Below, piece by piece: positions 26,705 through 32,534 of a stretch of DNA of 32,534 nucleotides. The notes below the pieces were generated by a model. It saw nothing but the letters and a program-made list of their open reading frames with translations. It did no database searches and was not told the DNA's origin. The DNA lies in contig JBIOZG010000006.1 of NCBI GenBank assembly GCA_044870765.1, positions 1-32,534 on the forward strand, given 5' to 3'. Position 1 is the stretch's first letter; each line of letters starts with the position of its first letter. Position numbers and translations under genes: made by a program. The stretch comes from Nitrososphaeraceae archaeon. Its GTDB lineage: Archaea; Thermoproteota; Nitrososphaeria; Nitrososphaerales; Nitrososphaeraceae.

Positions 26705-28162
26705 ATGAACAATTACGATACCGTGATGAAATTGGCCCTTGAGAGAGGTTTTTACTTTCCAAGCTGCGAAATTTATGCAGATTCCCATGCAGGATTTTGG
26801 GAATACGGACCAACAGGTAATAATCTAAAAAACAATTTCATTGAACTATGGAGGCGGGAGTTACTTAGACGCGATGATATGATAGAAATTGATGGTTCAC
26901 AGATAATGAGCAGGAGCGTTTTTGTCGCTTCGGGTCATCTCGATAATTTTACAGATCCGATAATAAAGTGCAAAAACTGTGGGGCAACTTTCCGAGCAGA
27001 TAGATACATAACTGAAAAAACAGGTAAGGAGACCCCAGAACTACTTTCAACGAGTGAAATTGACAAGTTAATAATGGAATATTCTTTGAAATGCTCTAGT
27101 TGTAATGGTCCATTTCATGAATCAAGCAGATTCAACATGATGTTTAAAGTGGAAATTGGTCCTTCCAGAGAGCAGGCATATCTTAGACCAGAAACATGTC
27201 AGACAATTTTTGTTGATTTCCCCAGAATTTTTAAAACAATGAGAGGAAGACTGCCGCTAGCAGTTGCTCAGGTTGGCAAAAGTTTTAGAAATGAGATTGC
27301 ACCAAGACAAAGTCTACTGAGGTTAAGGGAATTCTATCAGGCAGAAATTGAAGTATTTTGTAACCCCAATAGACTAGATGAATTACCAAAATTTGAACAG
27401 GTTAAGGATACACCCTTTTTATTGTCAATAAAGAATTCAACCCATTCAGTAAGCGCTAATGAAGCGTTACAACAAGGATATTTCCCAAACAAACTTGTGG
27501 CTTATTATCTATCTCTTCTTTCTCTGTTTTATAGCAAGACTGGGATTGATATGGAACGCACTAGATTTAGGCAACTATCAGACGAGGAAAAAGCATTTTA
27601 TGCAACAATTGCATTTGATTTTGAAGTTGAAACTAGTATCGGATGGCTGGAATTGGTCGCATGTAATTACAGATCAGATTATGATTTAAAAAGACATAGT
27701 GACGTAAGCAAACAGAATCTGCATGTCATAGATCCAGCAGATAATAGTAAAGTTTTGCCACATTTATTTGAATTGTCAATGGGAATAGACAGGAGTATTT
27801 ACTCAATATTAGAACATTCCTATTATGAGGATACAGAAGCAAAGAGAGTCGTGTTAAAACTAGTTCCACAAATAGCCCCTGTACTTGTGGGAGTTTTCCC
27901 GCTTGTGACAAAAGATGGTCTACGCGAAAAGGCTTGTGAAATTCATTCAAAGTTAAAATTGGATTATTCTACATTTTATGATGAGTCAGGTTCAATAGGC
28001 AGGAGATATAGAAGACTCGAGGAGATAGGAGCCCCCTTTGCGCTGACTATTGACAACCAAACCATGAAAGATGATACAGTCACGATAAGACATAGAGATA
28101 CTATGTCCCAAGACAGAATTAAAGTTTCAGAAATTTCTAATTTTCTTGACACAATAATTTAA
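26705..28162 (+). CDS. glyS: Glycine--tRNA ligase (alpha2 type)
   Basis: RGF...EIY, SGH...F.DP, FNMMF, YLRPET.Q, QVGKSFRNEI.PRQ, RLREF.Q.E, E.S.GIDR and SGSIGRRY motifs. Confidence 0.97.
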   Translation: MNNYDTVMKLALERGFYFPSCEIYADSHAGFWEYGPTGNNLKNNFIELWRRELLRRDDMIEIDGSQIMSRSVFVASGHLDNFTDPIIKCKNCGATFRADRYITEKTGKETPELLSTSEIDKLIMEYSLKCSSCNGPFHESSRFNMMFKVEIGPSREQAYLRPETCQTIFVDFPRIFKTMRGRLPLAVAQVGKSFRNEIAPRQSLLRLREFYQAEIEVFCNPNRLDELPKFEQVKDTPFLLSIKNSTHSVSANEALQQGYFPNKLVAYYLSLLSLFYSKTGIDMERTRFRQLSDEEKAFYATIAFDFEVETSIGWLELVACNYRSDYDLKRHSDVSKQNLHVIDPADNSKVLPHLFELSMGIDRSIYSILEHSYYEDTEAKRVVLKLVPQIAPVLVGVFPLVTKDGLREKACEIHSKLKLDYSTFYDESGSIGRRYRRLEEIGAPFALTIDNQTMKDDTVTIRHRDTMSQDRIKVSEISNFLDTII

Positions 28163-28287
28163 TCAAAGTAACGGGAAATACCAGATTGGTTTGGTTGTTG
28201 GAATATCGCCAGTATTAGAGTAAATTTAGTAGAATCGTAGAACATAAGGCTTTTAGGTCGAAAGAACAAGTACAATTTAGCAAACTA

Positions 28288-28791
28288 ATGATTTTAAAAA
28301 GAATTACATGTACTAAACTAGTACTTGCAATCATTAGTCTGATAATTATAGCAGGACCAACTATATTAACGACGCAGTCGCTAGGACTGAAATTTTCTGC
28401 ATTAATGTCTGGAGAGGAAGTTTCGCCTCCAATCAATTCTAATGTAAATGGAACTGCCTCGTTTAGAACAACTTCTTTTGATACCGTTATAAAGTACAAG
28501 ATCAAAGTAACAGGATCCTCTGATGTAACGAGTGCGGATATTCATTTTGGAAAAAAAGGAGAAAATGGCGAAGCAGTTGTTGACCTTTTGAAAGGTAGCA
28601 AAAAAAATGGAATTAGGATGGAAACATCGATAAGAGGAAATATTACTAGTTCGGATCTTGAAGGCTCGTTAAGTGGCAAAGAATTGATTGATCTAATCTC
28701 GGCAATGAGAAATGGTACCGCATATGTGAATATTGATACACCATACCACGATAATGGTGAGATTAGGGGCCAGATAATCGTTCTGCGATAA
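28288..28791 (+). CDS. CHRD-domain protein with N-terminal signal/anchor
   Basis: Hydrophobic N-terminus; F.A.MSG.E..PP, ADIH.G..G.NG..V..L and YVNI.T....GEIRGQI CHRD motifs. Confidence 0.9.
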   Translation: MILKRITCTKLVLAIISLIIIAGPTILTTQSLGLKFSALMSGEEVSPPINSNVNGTASFRTTSFDTVIKYKIKVTGSSDVTSADIHFGKKGENGEAVVDLLKGSKKNGIRMETSIRGNITSSDLEGSLSGKELIDLISAMRNGTAYVNIDTPYHDNGEIRGQIIVLR

Positions 28792-28954
28792 TATTGATTT
28801 AATCAAGTTCAAGCACTTGAGCACTAAAGGCTTTTCAATTCTAGGCATAGCGCTCCAAAATCAAACAAATACAGACAAATTCAAATTTGTCAAAATGGAC
28901 TTTACCTGCATTACATTGATATATGCTTTAATCCAAAATCCCGTAGATCAATCG

Positions 28955-29341
28955 ATGGGAAGACAAGATCCAAACCCACTTCCATATGGGGCCTTACCAT
29001 ATTTTCAAATACACTACTTGATTGAACCAGTAAAGATTTCTAGCCCCTCAGCATACATGGCAAAGGCTAGAGCAAAAACAGAGGGACATTTTGAAGATAA
29101 AAAGGTGATTGATATAGAGTGGATTGGGGGCAGACTGGCTCAAAGTTTGGCGGCAGACAAGGAGCTAACTGAGATGTTAAAACCATTCATGCTTAGAGAA
29201 AGAGAGATTAGCATAGATCCGCAAAAAGATAGAGTAAGACTATACACTAAATGGAAGAGAGAAGATAGGCTACAGTTCGATCCTCAGTTCTTTCAAGTTG
29301 TTGAAAGAATCGCTAATGCAATTAAGAAATTAGAGTCGTAA
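28955..29341 (+). CDS. Hypothetical protein
   Basis: ATG 28955 (MGRQDPNPLPYG...) gives a protein-like 128-aa ORF. The upstream extension to TTG 28817 looks like promoter DNA containing palindromes. Confidence 0.68.
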   Translation: MGRQDPNPLPYGALPYFQIHYLIEPVKISSPSAYMAKARAKTEGHFEDKKVIDIEWIGGRLAQSLAADKELTEMLKPFMLREREISIDPQKDRVRLYTKWKREDRLQFDPQFFQVVERIANAIKKLES

Positions 29342-29482
29342 AGATCAACTCCATAATATTCATTTTCTGAAGGCATTTAGCAATTTTTATTTGCAATAAT
29401 CAAAAATATCTTGACATCAAAAATGTTGAATCAATTTTGTTATTCATATTAAATTCAATATGTACATATTAAGGAACAGTAA

Positions 29483-30871
29483 ATGAAGCCTATGGTGCGT
29501 AACTCCTCCAATCTAATTCAAGATAGGAAGGTAGTAAAAAAGATAAAGGACGGAGAGCTCAGGATTGCGATTTACGGTCTAGGTCATATTGGTGCCCCAC
29601 TCGCAGCTGTCTGGCTTAGAGCAGGAGCGCATGTCATAGGGGTCGATAATTCAAAAATTGTTCTAGCGGCGGCAAGAAAAGGAAGAACTGTAATCCCTGA
29701 ACCAAACGTTAATGAAGCGTTTAGAAATGGGATTGATACGGGGCAATTCAAGTTATATGACGATCCTGTCAAGGCGTCAAGGGATTCCTATTTTAAGATG
29801 ATTTGTGTTCCTGTATTGTCCCAGAATCAAGAACTCTCAGCCGATCTCACAGCCGTTTCGGCTGTTGCTACAATGATTGGTAGGGGTCTGAAAAAAAATG
29901 ACATAGTATCACTTAACCCTAGTGTTCCTCCAGGAACGACGGAAGACACTGTGATTCCAATAATTGAAAGAGAAAGTGGATTGAGTGTAAAAAGTGACTT
30001 TTGTATGATATATAATCCTGAGAGAATTTATGAAGGACGAGCCATTGCAGATATCGAAAATAATTATCCGGCCATACTCTCATCTTTAGGACCAAATAGC
30101 GCACAGTTGGCATATACAATCTATTCACTCATTTTCAAGAAAGGGGTGTTGATTTTAAAAAGTATTAGAACAGCTGAAGCAGAAAAGTTGTTTGAGGGAG
30201 TATATAGAGATGTTAATATCGCACTAGCAAATGAGCTGGCAAAATTTTGTGAAGTTGCTGGAATTGATTTTTGGCAAGCAAGAGATGCCGCAAACTCACA
30301 ACCATACTGCCATATACACAAAGCAGGGATTGGAGTTGGAGGAGCTTGTATACCAGTATACCCACAATTTGTACTTGATGTTGCTAATAAAATGAATGTA
30401 CTATGTGAAGTAACAAACATAAGCAGATCTATAAATGATGGTATGCCATCATATTGTGTAAGAGAGGCCATTAAACTAATAAAATTTTCAGATCTGCCTA
30501 AATCAAAGGTAACCATATTGGGATTGGCATTCAGAGGAGATGTTTCGGATACACGACTGTCTCCAACTTACGCGGTAATAACAGAGTTACAAAAGTTTGG
30601 AATTAAGAATATTAGAGTTCACGATCCCTTTGTGAGCAACGATCCAAATTTGTTAAAATACGATAATGTGTCGCTAACTTCAGATTTGAAGAAAGCAGTA
30701 AAGGATTCTGACCTGATAATTTTGTCAACCGACCACCAAGAATATAAGAAACTTGGTAAGACATTTTTTGGAAATATTCCTGTTTATGACGGTCGCGGTT
30801 TACTGGATAGAAACTTGACCAATAGACTCAAGATTATTACCATTGGTCAGGGAGATATCAAAATTACGTAG
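29483..30871 (+). CDS. Nucleotide-sugar dehydrogenase (UDP-glucose/GDP-mannose dehydrogenase family, WecC/WbpA-like)
   Basis: GLGHIG, ICVP, SVPPGTT, PERI..G, AEAEKLFE..YRDVNIALANE, GVGGACIP (catalytic Cys) and LGLAFRG...DTR.SP motifs. Confidence 0.93.
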   Translation: MKPMVRNSSNLIQDRKVVKKIKDGELRIAIYGLGHIGAPLAAVWLRAGAHVIGVDNSKIVLAAARKGRTVIPEPNVNEAFRNGIDTGQFKLYDDPVKASRDSYFKMICVPVLSQNQELSADLTAVSAVATMIGRGLKKNDIVSLNPSVPPGTTEDTVIPIIERESGLSVKSDFCMIYNPERIYEGRAIADIENNYPAILSSLGPNSAQLAYTIYSLIFKKGVLILKSIRTAEAEKLFEGVYRDVNIALANELAKFCEVAGIDFWQARDAANSQPYCHIHKAGIGVGGACIPVYPQFVLDVANKMNVLCEVTNISRSINDGMPSYCVREAIKLIKFSDLPKSKVTILGLAFRGDVSDTRLSPTYAVITELQKFGIKNIRVHDPFVSNDPNLLKYDNVSLTSDLKKAVKDSDLIILSTDHQEYKKLGKTFFGNIPVYDGRGLLDRNLTNRLKIITIGQGDIKIT

Positions 30872-30881
30872 ACTCTTTCCA

Positions 30882-32270
30882 CTATTTTCTTTCATATCCG
30901 ATACAACTGTTTATCCATCTAGTAGGAAATCTGCGGTCATAAAAGTGCAAATGCATGTAAGACGCCATGCAATTATGTGTCAAGATACCGTCATGTTTAC
31001 CGCCATCTATTCCAACACCTCGTTTCATGTAGTACGCGTATTTTGAATCCTGTGGCAATTCTTTTAGTTTTGAGTAGTGAAACTCATGTCCTCTTATATT
31101 TTTTATATTACCAAGAGCATGTGTGACCATATCTGCTTGTGTATAGTTTAGTGTAAGTCTACCCGTCATTTCAGTTCTAGCATCTATTATTCCTACCATT
31201 CGGAAGTTCCTTTTTGATTTTTTGTAACCTGTAATTGACTTTGTAAGATACATTAGTCCACCACACTCTCCATAAATTGGCATATCCTGTTGTGCTGCTT
31301 TTCTTATAGACTTTAGCATTGATTGATTTGAATTGAGTTTATCTGCCATGACTTCAGGAAAACCCCCACCTAAAATCAATCCAGAAATGTCATTTGGAAT
31401 ATGGTTATCATTAATAGGACTGAAAAACGTTATCTCCGCTCCAAGATCCCTCAGAATATTTAGGTTCTCACTGTAGTAAAAGTTAAAAGAGTTATCAAGT
31501 GCCACTGCGATTTTAACAAGTTTTGGAACTTTACTTCCACCACTAATTGGTTTAGTAAACTTTGATTTTCTTGGTTTTATTAACGAAAGAATTTTGTCGT
31601 AGTAGATTTCCTCTGATACTTTATTTGCCAGTCGCACTATTTTATTTCTTTTTGCTGGTTCTAATTCATCAGATGGAATCAAACCCAGATGACGCTCATC
31701 CATTTTCAAGTCGTTGTCTCTTTTCACTATCCCTAATATAGGAACGTTTAATGAATTCCTGCATGCTTCTATTAGATATTTTGCATGTTTGGGACCTGAA
31801 ACATTATTAAGGATTATCCCAATTATTTTTAATTTTTTATCAAAATTCAAGTAACCAGAAATCATCGCGGCAATCGAACGTGCCGCCTTTCCTGCATCTA
31901 CTACCAGTATAACGGGCGCATTCAAAATCTTTGCAACATATGCCGTACTGGCAAAATCATTTCTTCCAGACATTCCATCGAACAATCCCATGACTCCTTC
32001 AACTATACCAATATCAACATCTTTGGTAGCGTTCTCGACAGTTGAGATAATACCATCCTTGCCCATAAACCAGGCATCCAAAGTTCGAGATTCTTTCCCT
32101 GTAATTATCTTGTGATAACTTGGGTCAATGAAATCAGGTCCTATCTTGAATGGTTGAACCAAAAGACCTTTTTTATTCTTTAAAGCATGCATGACTGCCA
32201 GAGATACAGTCGTCTTGCCAACTCCACTGGTTGTCCCTGCAATAATTAGTAGTGGCGGGAGGCTTACCAA
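30882..32270 (-). CDS. cbiA: Cobyrinate a,c-diamide synthase
   Basis: AGTTSGVGKT P-loop, FKIGPDFIDP, EGVMGLFDG, ERHLGL, FNFYY, GGGFPE, ECGGLMYL and GHEFHYS motifs. Confidence 0.96.
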   Translation of the reverse strand: MVSLPPLLIIAGTTSGVGKTTVSLAVMHALKNKKGLLVQPFKIGPDFIDPSYHKIITGKESRTLDAWFMGKDGIISTVENATKDVDIGIVEGVMGLFDGMSGRNDFASTAYVAKILNAPVILVVDAGKAARSIAAMISGYLNFDKKLKIIGIILNNVSGPKHAKYLIEACRNSLNVPILGIVKRDNDLKMDERHLGLIPSDELEPAKRNKIVRLANKVSEEIYYDKILSLIKPRKSKFTKPISGGSKVPKLVKIAVALDNSFNFYYSENLNILRDLGAEITFFSPINDNHIPNDISGLILGGGFPEVMADKLNSNQSMLKSIRKAAQQDMPIYGECGGLMYLTKSITGYKKSKRNFRMVGIIDARTEMTGRLTLNYTQADMVTHALGNIKNIRGHEFHYSKLKELPQDSKYAYYMKRGVGIDGGKHDGILTHNCMASYMHLHFYDRRFPTRWINSCIGYERK

Positions 32271-32422
32271 AGAATTTACCTAATTAATATCAGCCAGCCG
32301 ATATTTATCATATTAGCTTTAGAACTACCCTACATTATCAGACTAGTTGTCTGTATTAATTAGATATTCATTTCACGTCCAATAGCACGTTGACGCATCA
32401 AGTTAGCTAGAAGAGATACTTT

Positions 32423-32494
32423 TCATTGATATTTTTTTGATCTCCTTTTGATTGCTAGTAAAACTATTGTCACTATACCTAGTATTATCAGCAT
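32423..32494 (-). CDS. Candidate 23-aa single-pass membrane peptide
   Basis: Manual translation gives MLIILGIVTIVLLAIKRRSKKYQ: a hydrophobic span followed by a basic tail, with GAGG about 7 nt upstream of the ATG. Confidence 0.3.
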   Translation of the reverse strand: MLIILGIVTIVLLAIKRRSKKYQ

Positions 32495-32534
32495 CAGAAT
32501 GCCTCTTTCTCTTAAATGGATTTAGAGTATTATT

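Noticed and set aside
29457-29470. Perfect 14-bp palindrome AATATGTACATATT upstream of the sugar dehydrogenase
   Set aside because: Almost entirely A/T in a very AT-rich gap and seen only once; it cannot be distinguished from chance without conservation data.
1-32534. CRISPR arrays, rRNA, IS elements, inteins, tRNA introns, C/D-box sRNAs
   Set aside because: No regularly spaced repeats, rRNA-like tracts or transposases; proteins are of normal family length; both tRNAs fold without introns; no convincing paired C/D boxes in the intergenic gaps I read.

Overview
An AT-rich (roughly one-third GC by eye) archaeal chromosome segment. Gene content and protein style point to an ammonia-oxidising Nitrososphaerota (Thaumarchaeota), probably Nitrososphaeraceae-like; the taxonomy is an inference. 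It is mostly core genome. The left end holds the start of the complex I operon (nuoA, partial nuoB), a geranylgeranyl reductase-family gene, a BCP peroxiredoxin, a ferritin-like gene and tRNA-Leu(GAG). Next comes the conserved rpoN-eno-rps2-Memo-mvk-ipk-fni-GGPP synthase-gltX-FAH superoperon, then ferredoxin-NADP reductase, a B12-type radical SAM enzyme resembling GDGT ring synthases (Grs), a Nudix hydrolase and tRNA-Ala(GGC). A block of poorly characterised genes follows (atypical kinase-fold protein, Cys/His protein, coiled-coil protein, AMMECR1, GT-B glycosyltransferase, C39-TPR protein, stand-alone GATase). The right part holds priS/priL, endonuclease IV, glyS, a CHRD protein, a nucleotide-sugar dehydrogenase and cbiA. 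I found no mobile element, CRISPR array or rRNA. The best leads are a loose tetraether-lipid gene neighbourhood around the Grs-like enzyme and FNR, a small Bud32/RIO-like kinase with a hydrophobic insert, a Nudix gene that appears to need a CTG start, a C39-TPR/GATase pair, and an unannotated 23-aa membrane peptide. None of these is demonstrably a new system from sequence alone.
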